DNA of 64,000 nucleotides from a candidate division WOR-3 bacterium (GCA_039803205.1 JBDRYB010000001.1:23998-87997); one strand, 5' to 3'; numbered from the stretch's first letter, positions 10,284 to 19,709 are shown. The notes: generated by a model not told the origin, from the sequence alone. Translations and numbers: made by a program.

Positions 10284-11626
10284 TAATCGCAGAACCCCAG
10301 CTGATTGAACGCCTCGCTCTTTGGGCAATAAAGGAGCGAATTCCATTTCTGGGGCACTTTGGTCTCACGAGGCACTGCAACCTCATGTGCAGTTTCTGTC
10401 TGTGGGGGAAAAAACTGAAGCCTCGCGGTTTCATGTCACAGTTCCTTTTCAAAAAAGCCCTCTCGGAAATGAAGGAAATGGGCACCTTTGAGATAGAGCT
10501 GACGGGGGGCGATCCTCTTCTTCATCCGCATCTGCCTGATTTCATAAGGATAGCAACCGATCTCAGATTCGTGATAGCGATAACAACCAACGGCCTCAGG
10601 TTAACAGAAAGAAACCTGTCTGCGATAAAGGAGGGCCTGATCGCGCATGTTTCAGTGAGCATTCACGGAGCTAAGCCCGAAACCCACGACAGAATAGTGG
10701 GAAGACCAGGGGCCTGGAATATATCCCTCCGCAACATGGAGAAGCTTCTGGATAGTGGCGTAAGAACTATTGTTTGCTTCGTGATCACCAAGGAAAATCA
10801 CCAGGAAGTCAAAAATGCCAAAGCCCTCTTTGAGAGCATGGGAGCCAGGTTTCAGATGGTCCTGAAGTTGTATAATCCCTTCTGTCTTGAAGAAGTTGAG
10901 GCCTTGAAGCTCAGGGGCCATGCCCTCGCGGATCTGATGGGCCTCTTCCCTGATCCGCCGGTGTGCCCTCATCCTTGCGGCGCTTTCATGAACGCGGTAT
11001 ATATCAACCCCAACGGAGATGTTTGGCCCTGTATATCATTTCCCTTTAACCTGGGCAACATCGGTAAAACTAGCTTCAGGGAAATATGGGAAGGGATAAA
11101 CAAGGAGACCAGGGCGCTCCGGAGAAACCTTGTCCGCGCGAGAGAGAAGGGAGTCTACCGCGGAGTAGAGTATTTTTGCCCATCAATAAGTCGTGGATAT
11201 GACGGTTCTCTGGGAGGCCTTGAACCCCATGTAAAGGAGATAATAGACGCCTGGTTGAATGAGAGAAACGAATCGGCCAAGAGCAATTTTTCCCTGGATG
11301 AAGTAGTGTCCCCGGACAGACAAATCGCTATAAAGCTCGGGGAAAATCATGGATTCGTTCCCGAGGACGATGTTGCCTTCAGGTTACTGAGGGGAAGGGA
11401 AGAGACCTACCTTGTTCTTTGGAAGAGATCCACGAGGAGATATGCGGCTCTGGAGGGTCCCTGGGCGGAAGCGGTGAGCTGTATCCTCTCTGGCCAAAGG
11501 ATCAAGGATGCCCTAAAAATTTTGGAATCATCATTTAAGGGGTTCCGCATGAGCGAGGCCATAGTGGACATGGAAGCTCTTCTCAGCGAAATAGCCGGCA
11601 TGGGTTTCATCAAACTTGCCATTTGA
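10280..11626 (+). CDS. radical SAM/SPASM domain protein with C-terminal PqqD-like (RRE-like) extension
   Basis: CNLMCSFC radical SAM motif; cysteine-rich SPASM region (CPHPCGAF...WPCISFP, CPSIS); about 90-aa C-terminal tail resembling PqqD-type peptide-binding domains. Confidence 0.8.
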   Translation: MIIAEPQLIERLALWAIKERIPFLGHFGLTRHCNLMCSFCLWGKKLKPRGFMSQFLFKKALSEMKEMGTFEIELTGGDPLLHPHLPDFIRIATDLRFVIAITTNGLRLTERNLSAIKEGLIAHVSVSIHGAKPETHDRIVGRPGAWNISLRNMEKLLDSGVRTIVCFVITKENHQEVKNAKALFESMGARFQMVLKLYNPFCLEEVEALKLRGHALADLMGLFPDPPVCPHPCGAFMNAVYINPNGDVWPCISFPFNLGNIGKTSFREIWEGINKETRALRRNLVRAREKGVYRGVEYFCPSISRGYDGSLGGLEPHVKEIIDAWLNERNESAKSNFSLDEVVSPDRQIAIKLGENHGFVPEDDVAFRLLRGREETYLVLWKRSTRRYAALEGPWAEAVSCILSGQRIKDALKILESSFKGFRMSEAIVDMEALLSEIAGMGFIKLAI

Positions 11627-11664
11627 TCCGGATCACTTATCCGGATTCATGGCCCGGTTAAGCG

Positions 11665-11829
11665 CTATTCCTTTTTCGGAGGCGGCGGTGCTGCCTTAGC
11701 GACCCCTGTGAGGCTCAGGACATCAGCATTCCTTTCCGTGGCCAATATCCTCGGTTTCTCGTAAGGCTTTACCACACGGTCCTTTATCCTCGGGACCCTT
11801 CTTCCCTTATCCTCAGAAGATTTTGCCAT
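11665..11829 (-). CDS. candidate small basic protein (54 aa), unannotated
   Basis: Manual translation MAKSSEDKGRRVPRIKDRVVKPYEKPRILATERNADVLSLTGVAKAAPPPPKKE; AAGGA about 10 nt upstream of ATG; could be a chance ORF. Confidence 0.2.
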   Translation of the reverse strand: MAKSSEDKGRRVPRIKDRVVKPYEKPRILATERNADVLSLTGVAKAAPPPPKKE

Positions 11830-11843
11830 AATTATATCCTTCA

Positions 11844-12176
11844 TGGAGGCGGGGGGATTCGAACCCCCGTCCAGAGACCCAACCCGTAAAGCACCTACAC
11901 GCTTAGCTCGCCCTATTAACGCTCTGGAGGCTGGGCGAGCGAGCCCTTCCAGAGGTTTGCCCCTCTGTTTAACCGGACCCGCGGGGCACGAGCCCGGCGA
12001 CCCCGGATCTATGAGGCCCTTCTGGCGCGTCCGGGGAGCGCGGCCAGAGAACCTACGCCCTCAATTAGGCGTATGCGTATGCCTTTTCGGCAGTTATCTT
12101 TGCCGCTTTTTACGGGATGCGGCAACCCGACGTGCGCTTTATCGGGTCTATGGCCCTGTCAAGACCATTCGCCCCC
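11844..12176 (-). ncRNA. ssrA: transfer-messenger RNA (tmRNA, SsrA)
   Basis: 5' GGGGGCG pairs with 3' CGCCUCC acceptor stem including a G3:U70 pair, discriminator A, T-arm GGGGGUUCGAAUCCCCC; internal resume region GUAAAAAGCGGCAAAGAUAACU-GCC...UAA; CCA not encoded; the plus-strand ORF 11843..12184 is its antisense shadow. Confidence 0.85.
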
Positions 12177-12252
12177 AAAGCTAAGGCATATATAATAAAG
12201 GTTTTGCCGTGGAGGATCAAGTGCTTTTATGAGCGGGAATCTCTGGGACCCT

Positions 12253-12807
12253 CTAAATATCAATCAAAATCACCTTTATTGGCACGGCTGGAAAATGCCT
12301 CTTTAACCTCTCAATGTCCTCAATAAGCTGCTCTCCGTAGGAAACGCCGGATGACATTTCCTTGTGTAAGGCATAGGCAGGGACTATTTCTACGCCAGCA
12401 TCACAGTGGCCCTCGTTAAAGAAATACTGGAACTTAGCAAGATCGTAGAACATGAAAGCATACTTGCCCAGCTGAACTTCAACCAGAACCCTATCCTTCT
12501 GGAAATCTATCTGTTTAAACACCTTCACTGAATCAGAAACAAGTCTTTCGTCTTCGTATGGAAACCTCATATCATGATAGCTGCGGAGCTCCTTGAAGCC
12601 TCGCTTTGCAAACGCCCACCTGAACGCTCGGTTCATTTCCTTCGGATCGTAAAGGAGCTTACCTATCTTACCTTTCTCCTTGCTGATCTTGGTCTTCGTA
12701 GCTTGCACTTCTTCTATGATCTCGTCTATTTCGGACTCAATTACAGGGTATCTAACTCTCAATATCTCAAGCCCGCCCAAGTGCGAATACTCATAAACCT
12801 TTCTCAT
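12253..12807 (-). CDS. type II restriction endonuclease, BglII/BamHI-like fold (putative)
   Basis: 184 aa immediately downstream of and overlapping a DNA methyltransferase gene; D-x9-E-V-Q arrangement (IDFQKDRVLVEVQ) resembles the BglII active site; AT-richer than surroundings. Confidence 0.55.
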   Translation of the reverse strand: MRKVYEYSHLGGLEILRVRYPVIESEIDEIIEEVQATKTKISKEKGKIGKLLYDPKEMNRAFRWAFAKRGFKELRSYHDMRFPYEDERLVSDSVKVFKQIDFQKDRVLVEVQLGKYAFMFYDLAKFQYFFNEGHCDAGVEIVPAYALHKEMSSGVSYGEQLIEDIERLKRHFPAVPIKVILIDI

Positions 12808-13766
12808 AAGAGACTATCCTCCCAGGGTTGTTTTTTACCCGGCGGCTCATATATGGGCGTCCCCATCTCCCGAAGTCTAAGCTTGCCGCAGGAGAACAAA
12901 TTCAACCTTTCAAGCCCTATTTTGTAATATCTTTCATTTATCTCTGCTCCGACAAAGCGCCTTCTGTGCTTTATGGCCGCAATCGCGGATGAAGCCACGC
13001 CCATGAATGGATCGAAGACCCACTCGTCCTCGTTTGTTAATGAGAGGACAAGTCTCTCTATCAGCTCAACCGGAAACTGAGCTGGGTGCTCGGTCTTCTC
13101 CGGGTGATTACACTTGACATTCGGTATATCCCAGACATCTGTAGGGTTCTTGCCTAGGGGATTACAGGAAGGCTTACCTTTATTCGGCCCTTTGTGGAAC
13201 TTCTTGCCCGGATACCTCTGAGGAACCCGAACAGCATCAAGGTTAAAGACATAGGGCTCGCCCTTAGTGAACCACATTATAACCTCGTATCTACCAGAAA
13301 ATCTCTTGGACGCGTGAAGCCCGTGCCTGAAGTGCCATACTATCCGGTTGCGCATTACGAGGCCGAGATCCCTGAAAATAGGATAAAGCAGATAATCTAT
13401 TGGGATTATACTGCTGTTTTTAACCCAATTTCCGACCTGCCAGCATATAGAACCCCCGGTCTTTGTCACTCGTAAAGCCTCTTTTATTATCTCTCTGTGC
13501 CACCTTACATATTCATCAAGATCCATCTTTTGCTCGTATTCCTTGCCTATGTTGTATGGAGGAGAGGTTACTGTGAGCTGGACGCTTTCATCCGGTATGA
13601 AACGCACCAGATCAAAAGCTGAGCCCAGATAAAGGCAGGCCTGTGCAGAGCTATCATAGGTGTTCGTTATCCGTATTTCTCTCTGTTGGTGGGGAACATC
13701 CAACAGAACCGAAGCCTTGCCATTCAGAAGATCAGAAAGAATCCCCAAAGAATCTCGCTCTGCCAT
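12804..13766 (-). CDS. DNA methyltransferase, beta-class (N4-cytosine or N6-adenine)
   Basis: TSPPY motif IV near the N-terminus and DPFMGVASS motif I near the C-terminus (order IV then I). Confidence 0.85.
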   Translation of the reverse strand: MAERDSLGILSDLLNGKASVLLDVPHQQREIRITNTYDSSAQACLYLGSAFDLVRFIPDESVQLTVTSPPYNIGKEYEQKMDLDEYVRWHREIIKEALRVTKTGGSICWQVGNWVKNSSIIPIDYLLYPIFRDLGLVMRNRIVWHFRHGLHASKRFSGRYEVIMWFTKGEPYVFNLDAVRVPQRYPGKKFHKGPNKGKPSCNPLGKNPTDVWDIPNVKCNHPEKTEHPAQFPVELIERLVLSLTNEDEWVFDPFMGVASSAIAAIKHRRRFVGAEINERYYKIGLERLNLFSCGKLRLREMGTPIYEPPGKKQPWEDSLL

Positions 13767-13793
13767 GGAAACAAATTATAATCTTTTCGGCCC

Positions 13794-14822
13794 CTACGGT
13801 TCAAACACCCCAGGAACCCTCACTCCGCAATCCGGACACCTCCCCTCCTTTAACCTATTTTCAAGAAGGGAAAACCGCCACCTCCTTATGAGGGTTTTCC
13901 CGCAGGATGGGCAACGGGTATCCTCAAGCCCTCTCATTTCCCTGTTCCCGGGGTATACGAACAGTAAGCCCTCTTCACGGCCTATCTCCATGGCTTTCGT
14001 GATGGAGGAGACAGAAGTCGGGGGGATGCTGTGGACCTTGTAGGCAGGGTAAAAACCGGAGATGTGCCACGGGGTCTCAGGGCCAAGCTCCTGAGCTACG
14101 AACCTGGCCATTTCTCTGATCTCCCCCTCAGAATCGTTCACCCCTGGAACAAGGAGGGTGGTTACCTCAACCCACACCCCCATGCTCTTCATTATTTTCA
14201 ACGCATTCATCACTGGCCTAGGCCTCCCGCCGGTCCATTTCTGCATGGAGGACTTGTTCACAAACTTGAAATCAACATTGGCCGCGTCCAACAATCCCTT
14301 CAACTCACAAAGCGGTTTCGGGTTTATGAACCCATTCGTAACCCAATTGTTCTTTAGGCCTCGCTCCTTCGCCATTCTCATGGTGTCTAAAGCATATTCA
14401 TAGTATATCGTGGGTTCGGTGTATGTGTAGCTTATTGAGGGAACTCCAGCGCTCAGCGCGGCCCTGACTATCTCATTTGGCGGAACCTGTTTTCTCGCAA
14501 GGGCATCCATGGTCCTGGGCTCAAGAACCGGCAGTTGGCTTATCTCCCAGTTTTGGCACCAGAGGCAGGATAGATTACAGCCGGGCGCGGCAACCGAGAG
14601 GCTCGCGGTTCCTGGCAGAAAGTGATAGAGCGGCTTTTTTTCAATGGGGTCTATGTGCGCGGCAATGAGAACGCCGTAATTCAGGCTGATGAGCTCATGG
14701 CCCCGTCTCTCCCTAACCCCGCAGGTGCCGCGCTCGCCTTCTCTGAGCCTACAAGAATGGGGGCACAGGTTGCAGATGATCTCCTGATCCTTCTGGGTGA
14801 AAAAAAGCGCCTTTCTGCTCAT
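13794..14822 (-). CDS. AmmeMemoRadiSam-system radical SAM enzyme (AmrS-like)
   Basis: CNLCPHSC plus CNLSCLWCQNWEIS motifs and HIDPIEKKPLYHFLPG block typical of the AmrS / PFL-activase-like family. Confidence 0.75.
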   Translation of the reverse strand: MSRKALFFTQKDQEIICNLCPHSCRLREGERGTCGVRERRGHELISLNYGVLIAAHIDPIEKKPLYHFLPGTASLSVAAPGCNLSCLWCQNWEISQLPVLEPRTMDALARKQVPPNEIVRAALSAGVPSISYTYTEPTIYYEYALDTMRMAKERGLKNNWVTNGFINPKPLCELKGLLDAANVDFKFVNKSSMQKWTGGRPRPVMNALKIMKSMGVWVEVTTLLVPGVNDSEGEIREMARFVAQELGPETPWHISGFYPAYKVHSIPPTSVSSITKAMEIGREEGLLFVYPGNREMRGLEDTRCPSCGKTLIRRWRFSLLENRLKEGRCPDCGVRVPGVFEP

Positions 14823-14876
14823 CAAAACCCCCATAATAGCGGGAATATCACCTGGGCAACCATGGAGGGATTGCCC

Positions 14877-15998
14877 TTACTTCAGTTCAAAGATGTAATC
14901 AACCTCAAAAACCTCATCCTTCTCCGTGTAATACCTCCAGGACTTCACATTGCTAACAGCCGCGTTGTCCAGGGTCTGACTCCCTGAGCTCACCACAACC
15001 TCAACCCTATCAACCACGCCTTTCTTCTTGAGATATACCCTCAGAGTCGCTGTTCCGGCCTCCCAGTTTTCCTTCGCGGCTTTCGGATAGTCCAGGTTCG
15101 GCTTCTCCTTTATCTCAACCCCTGAGGGCTTCCTTATCTTCGTGGTGACCTGAGCAATGGCGGGGGTTTTTTTCGGTTTTCCGCTTATATCAAGCTCCGG
15201 AGTCGGGGTCTGGAGCCCTCCGGTGTATATTCCTCCAGCCGAGGGAAGCTGGGAACCTATCGTGAACTGGAACGAGATAAACCCCGTGTCAATAACCTCA
15301 GCCTTGGCAAAAACCCACCCCTTGGCGCACTCTATGGCCGCGTCGTCAAGGAGCTTTGAACCGGATGAGCTGTCAATCTTCGCTTGAGCAACAGTTCCTG
15401 ACTTTGAAACCACAACCTGAACCCTCACGGTTCCCTGAACCGACTTATCAAGCGCCTCCTTTGGGTATTCCGTGGAAGGGCTCTTGATCTTCTTCCGGAT
15501 CGCAACCGGGCCTTCTAGGGCTACTTTTACAAAGCCACTCTTCTTTACCCCTTCTGTTCCAAGAGAACCCGCGCCTATATCAATTACAGGGGACGGGGTC
15601 GTGCCAAGGCCGCCTACGCCCGTGGCGCCTATTTCCAGGAGGCCTGATCCCATGATAAACCTGAAAACAGCCACCCCGGTATCAGCCTTATCTCCCTTCG
15701 CGAAAACCCACCCTTTGACACAGTTCAGGGCAGCTGTGTCAAGGAGATTTGAGCCTGATGAGGAATCAACCCTTGACTTTGTCACCGTTCCAGCCTTTGA
15801 GACGACAAACCATATCCTCACTGTCCCCTGAATGGAATCGTCTAGAGCCTCCTGCGGATACTGGGGAGATGGGTTCTTGACCTTCTCCCTGAGAGCCACC
15901 GAGCCCTCCAGGGTAATCTTTACCGTGCCAGCCTTCTGCGCCTCAAGCTCAACTGAGAGCTGAGACAAAATACCCAATATCAAGAAATAAGGCATCAT
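14877..15998 (-). CDS. secreted protein with three tandem TonB C-terminal-like domains
   Basis: Three internal repeats of about 80 aa each with YP..A......G.V.....V...G.V.......SSGS..LD.AA...VK.W.F pattern; hydrophobic N-terminus. Confidence 0.7.
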   Translation of the reverse strand: MMPYFLILGILSQLSVELEAQKAGTVKITLEGSVALREKVKNPSPQYPQEALDDSIQGTVRIWFVVSKAGTVTKSRVDSSSGSNLLDTAALNCVKGWVFAKGDKADTGVAVFRFIMGSGLLEIGATGVGGLGTTPSPVIDIGAGSLGTEGVKKSGFVKVALEGPVAIRKKIKSPSTEYPKEALDKSVQGTVRVQVVVSKSGTVAQAKIDSSSGSKLLDDAAIECAKGWVFAKAEVIDTGFISFQFTIGSQLPSAGGIYTGGLQTPTPELDISGKPKKTPAIAQVTTKIRKPSGVEIKEKPNLDYPKAAKENWEAGTATLRVYLKKKGVVDRVEVVVSSGSQTLDNAAVSNVKSWRYYTEKDEVFEVDYIFELK

Positions 15999-16038
15999 GG
16001 CTTAATTATAAGGTCTAGCTGGGGTCTGAATTCAAGCT

Positions 16039-16947
16039 CTAGTACCCCACCATTTCCAGAAAGCAATAGCCCCTCTTGTTCCCTTTGGTTATCCGACAAG
16101 CGCCCTCCCATATGAGAGGCCCGCGCATCATCCTGAAGAACTGATCCCTCACAATAGCCTCTGTTGTTAATTCAATATCCGGATCCGGAACCGAGATGTG
16201 CCAGGAAAGGGGGCATCTTCCGGTGGAATCACCCGCGATCCAATAGTCTCCAAGGGGTTCGGCCTTGAATTTCTTTATTCGCGAGACCTCGCCATTTCTG
16301 TCAATGTATGTGCCAAAACTGCGATCCTCATCGCGAAACTGCCAAAGCATCATCTCGGTGGTGTCCTCAAAACGGAACGAGAACCAGGCATACCTGCCCC
16401 CGGTTTCGCCCCACTGGTGATCCATCCAAGCGTCTCCCCGGAGAAAGAGGGTCTCGGCTCCCACGATCATCCTGCCGGAGGAGGCCATCCTAGTATAGGA
16501 GTAATACCAAGAGGGTTCCTCTCCAATCAGAAACACAGAGCCCTCATTTCCGTGGCTCGCCGGGGGCTTGAGGGCCCGGACATCAAGGGATATGGAAAAA
16601 CCTGTGTCCATGAGTCCAAACGAGAAGGCATCTTCTCCAATAGCCTTGAGATAACCCTCTTCTGTTTTTATGTCCAGTGCAAGAGAAGGGTTTTCCGGAA
16701 CCAGCATGGGAAACGCTCTCGTTTTTCGGAAAACCGTCTCGCCTGTCCCCAGGTTCACCATGCTGAAAACATGAACTTCGGTCTGACTAGCCGGGAAATG
16801 AAAGATTATGAAGCAATACGAATATGAGTTTCCCTGGCTGTCCGTCAGGATCCCGCTGAAATACCACCATTCCTTGAGGACATCCTCATGGGGCGCGTGA
16901 TCCTGGGGAAAGATGAAGCCCGCGGCCATAAGAAGGGTGACTAGCAT
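16039..16947 (-). CDS. AttH/CrtC-like (hydroxyneurosporene synthase-like, lipocalin-like) secreted protein
   Basis: WWYFSG motif and overall AttH-like pattern; signal-like N-terminus. Confidence 0.6.
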   Translation of the reverse strand: MLVTLLMAAGFIFPQDHAPHEDVLKEWWYFSGILTDSQGNSYSYCFIIFHFPASQTEVHVFSMVNLGTGETVFRKTRAFPMLVPENPSLALDIKTEEGYLKAIGEDAFSFGLMDTGFSISLDVRALKPPASHGNEGSVFLIGEEPSWYYSYTRMASSGRMIVGAETLFLRGDAWMDHQWGETGGRYAWFSFRFEDTTEMMLWQFRDEDRSFGTYIDRNGEVSRIKKFKAEPLGDYWIAGDSTGRCPLSWHISVPDPDIELTTEAIVRDQFFRMMRGPLIWEGACRITKGNKRGYCFLEMVGY

Positions 16948-16950
16948 AGG

Positions 16951-18030
16951 CTATTTGCCAAGCTGACCCCACGACGAGACCACCTTCATCCGGAACCTGA
17001 GGCTGTCAGCCTTCGCCTCCTGACCCCTCTCCTCGTAGAGGTAGGCGGCGCGGCCCAATTCCTCACCCGCCTCAGCGTAGCGCTCGGTCTCCAGGTAAAG
17101 GAAAGCAATGAGCTCGTGGAGCCGAGGGTCATTCCTCATTTTCATGGCCTGCCTGTAGTGTTCCTCGGCCATCCCGAACAGGGTCTCGTCCCCCTTTTCC
17201 CTGGCCATGCTCCAAAGGAGGGATGCATATTCCTCGTGTGTTGTGGGGTTATAAGGGTCCTGTTGAAGGGAAAGTATGTAGCAGTTTTCAGCCTCCTTGT
17301 AGTTCCCCATAGCCCATGAACACCTCGCCATCTCCCTGAGCCCAGAGGGATCAAGCCTGTATGCCTCAAATGCCTGATCAAAGGAAACAGGGGCGTTATC
17401 TCGCGAACAAGCAATGAGCGCGCTTATTGGTTCTGGTTCAACCACATAAGCTACCCCGCTCCTTCCTGTGGCTGTTATCATTCCGACCACAACCCTCTGA
17501 GGACCGTATATGGGATCGCTGATGAGGGGCGAGCCGCTGTATCCGGGAACAGGCCCAGCTGAGATAACGAGGTTTCTCACCCCATCGCTCCAGGTCTCTT
17601 CCCTCAGAAAATCCAAACGCAGGGGCCTGAGGACAAATGAGCCCTGATTCCTGGCTCCCCAGGGATATGGAACGACCACCCCTGAGAGCCTGGCCTGATT
17701 ACTGGTCCCAATGGCAAGAAGGTTTCTCGTCGTATCCTTGACCGAGAGCAGACATATGTCGTTTTTTGGGTCCATTCCGAGAAGGCCCACTACTGGTATG
17801 CTATTTCCATCCCTTTTAAGGATGCGGATCTGCTTGATCCTGTCTTTTGGGCTCTGCGGGAACACTACATGACAACAAGTTGCTACCACGCCCCTGTCCA
17901 CGAAAAACCCGGTTCCGCGGCAGCTCCCGGATGCGAATTCTGCCTCTACGCCGACAACAGCCATGGTATCCACGCTTTCTAAATACCAAGGCACGCTCCC
18001 CACTAAGAGGACGGCGAGAAGCATGCTCAT
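16951..18030 (-). CDS. trypsin-like serine protease with C-terminal TPR repeats
   Basis: GTGFFV...CCHVV (His), DICLL (Asp), GYSGSPL (Ser) triad context; C-terminal helical TPR-like region. Confidence 0.7.
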   Translation of the reverse strand: MSMLLAVLLVGSVPWYLESVDTMAVVGVEAEFASGSCRGTGFFVDRGVVATCCHVVFPQSPKDRIKQIRILKRDGNSIPVVGLLGMDPKNDICLLSVKDTTRNLLAIGTSNQARLSGVVVPYPWGARNQGSFVLRPLRLDFLREETWSDGVRNLVISAGPVPGYSGSPLISDPIYGPQRVVVGMITATGRSGVAYVVEPEPISALIACSRDNAPVSFDQAFEAYRLDPSGLREMARCSWAMGNYKEAENCYILSLQQDPYNPTTHEEYASLLWSMAREKGDETLFGMAEEHYRQAMKMRNDPRLHELIAFLYLETERYAEAGEELGRAAYLYEERGQEAKADSLRFRMKVVSSWGQLGK

Positions 18031-18096
18031 ATTCTAAGGGAAACACTGTCCGCGATCAAGTTGGAATCCCCCTGGGTTCCGGGTTATAATCTCAGC

Positions 18097-18618
18097 ATGC
18101 CACTTATCCTGCCGTTCGAGGGAAAGTCTCCGAGGATCCGGGATGCCATATTCATAGCAGAGACAGCGGTTATCACCGGGGATGTTGAGCTCGGACCCGG
18201 AACATCCGTGTGGTATGGAGCGATCCTGAGGGGCGACACGAACAGCATAAGGATAGGGGAAAACACGAACATCCAGGACCTCTGCGTGCTCCACGGGGAT
18301 GCTGATTGGCCTGTTAAGGTAGGCAAGAGGGTGACGATAGGCCATGGCGCGATAGTCCACGGTTGCGAAATAGGGGATGACTGCCTTATCGGCATGGCCT
18401 CAGTGATAATGAACGGCTGTGTTGTCGGCCCTGAAAGCATAATAGCGGGCGGGACGGTTCTCACCCCAGGGAGCCAGATACCTCCGAGGAGCCTGGTTGC
18501 TGGGGTTCCCGGTAAAGTAAAACGAGAGCTCAGCCAGGAGGAGATTGACGGGCTCATCCGTCACTCCTGGGAGGTGTATGTGGAGCTGGCACACAGGAAC
18601 AGGAAGGGGAGTATTTGA
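18097..18618 (+). CDS. gamma-class carbonic anhydrase family protein (hexapeptide repeat)
   Basis: Left-handed beta-helix hexapeptide repeats; start at ATG 18097. Confidence 0.85.
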   Translation: MPLILPFEGKSPRIRDAIFIAETAVITGDVELGPGTSVWYGAILRGDTNSIRIGENTNIQDLCVLHGDADWPVKVGKRVTIGHGAIVHGCEIGDDCLIGMASVIMNGCVVGPESIIAGGTVLTPGSQIPPRSLVAGVPGKVKRELSQEEIDGLIRHSWEVYVELAHRNRKGSI

Positions 18619-19709
18619 GCGCTTTACTCGCTTTAGGGATCACAGCCGGGGGCGGAAGGATAACCCTCCCTCCTGTGATTGTCATGGTTCCATTATCAGG
18701 AGAGGTAGCCCCCTTAGGTGAGGAGTTCCTGAGGGGATGGAGAATGGCAGTGGGGGATGCCCTGAACTATGAGGTCGTTGACACATATGCATCCCCGGAC
18801 TCCGTGCTCAAGATCCTCAACATTTTGGCTGGTAGCGATGGAGCATCGCTGATCGTGGGGCCGTTGCTCTCGGTGACATCCCTGCCGGCCGCTGATTTCG
18901 CCATGCGCAACCGCATCCCCATACTCCTGCCCACGGCAACTGACCTCAGGTTGGGGACTTTCGGCAGTTATGTCTTTCCCTTCAATTACAATCTGTTCCT
19001 TGAAACCGCATACATAATGGAAGTGATGAGCGAACGCATGAGCAGGTCCGATTGGCTAATACTTTACACGGACATGGCCGAGGACAGGGCGATAACAGGA
19101 TGGTTCATCTCCCAATCAACGGAGTTCGGCATAGGCATCATGGATACCCTCGTGTATTCGGAAACCGAGATGGTGTATGATGGGCTTTCAAAGGCAGTGG
19201 TTGGGAAGAATCCAAAGGTAGTCTTCGCCCCTAGGGGCTCAAGGGCCTCCGCCCTGTTATTTCTTTCCCTGAGGAAGCGCGGCCTAAAGTGCCCTGTTGT
19301 GGGCCTTGATGGATGGCTTTCTCCGGATGTGGCGGAGATAGTTTCTGGCGCTATGGGAGGGCTTTATGTGGTTGGGCCAGAAAGGGGGGATTTCATGGCC
19401 AGGGCCCTTGCCCAGGCGCACAGGGAGGACTTTGAGGAAAGATACAGGGCTGAGTCTGGTTCGCCTCCCTCAGAGGTTGCGGGGAGGGGCTACGATGCTG
19501 GCTGTATAGCAAAGGAGGTCTGCTTTGACAATCCGGACAGGGAAACCGTGAAAAGGAGGCTTTTGCTCATGGGAGTCTACAAGGGGGTCACGGGGGACAT
19601 AATGCTCTCAAAGGACCCCAGGCTCCTGGCTGTATATACCCTGAAAAAGGGTGGATTCAAAAAGGAAGAAAGCTATGGCAAAGAAGAAGAAAAAAAAGGA
19701 AAGCCTTGA
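18615..19709 (+). CDS. periplasmic substrate-binding protein (type I PBP-like)
   Basis: 364 aa with PBP-like alternating pattern; weakly supported; start is TTG in the track. Confidence 0.5.
   Translation: MSALLALGITAGGGRITLPPVIVMVPLSGEVAPLGEEFLRGWRMAVGDALNYEVVDTYASPDSVLKILNILAGSDGASLIVGPLLSVTSLPAADFAMRNRIPILLPTATDLRLGTFGSYVFPFNYNLFLETAYIMEVMSERMSRSDWLILYTDMAEDRAITGWFISQSTEFGIGIMDTLVYSETEMVYDGLSKAVVGKNPKVVFAPRGSRASALLFLSLRKRGLKCPVVGLDGWLSPDVAEIVSGAMGGLYVVGPERGDFMARALAQAHREDFEERYRAESGSPPSEVAGRGYDAGCIAKEVCFDNPDRETVKRRLLLMGVYKGVTGDIMLSKDPRLLAVYTLKKGGFKKEESYGKEEEKKGKP

Noticed and set aside
11843-12184. 113-aa plus-strand ORF in the track
   Set aside because: It is the antisense of the tmRNA gene; its sequence is explained by the tRNA-like and pseudoknot structure of ssrA.
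12200-13770. ssrA-integrated genomic island with integrase
   Set aside because: The AT-richer R-M pair lies on the 5' side of ssrA, not at its 3' end, and no integrase, transposase or repeat of the tmRNA 3' end was found.
19651-19709. Possible frameshifted fusion of the binding-protein gene and the downstream small membrane protein across an A-rich tract
   Set aside because: The downstream ORF has its own RBS (AAGGAAG) and ATG at 19675 and the upstream protein ends in a plausible Lys/Glu-rich tail; two separate overlapping genes is the simpler reading.
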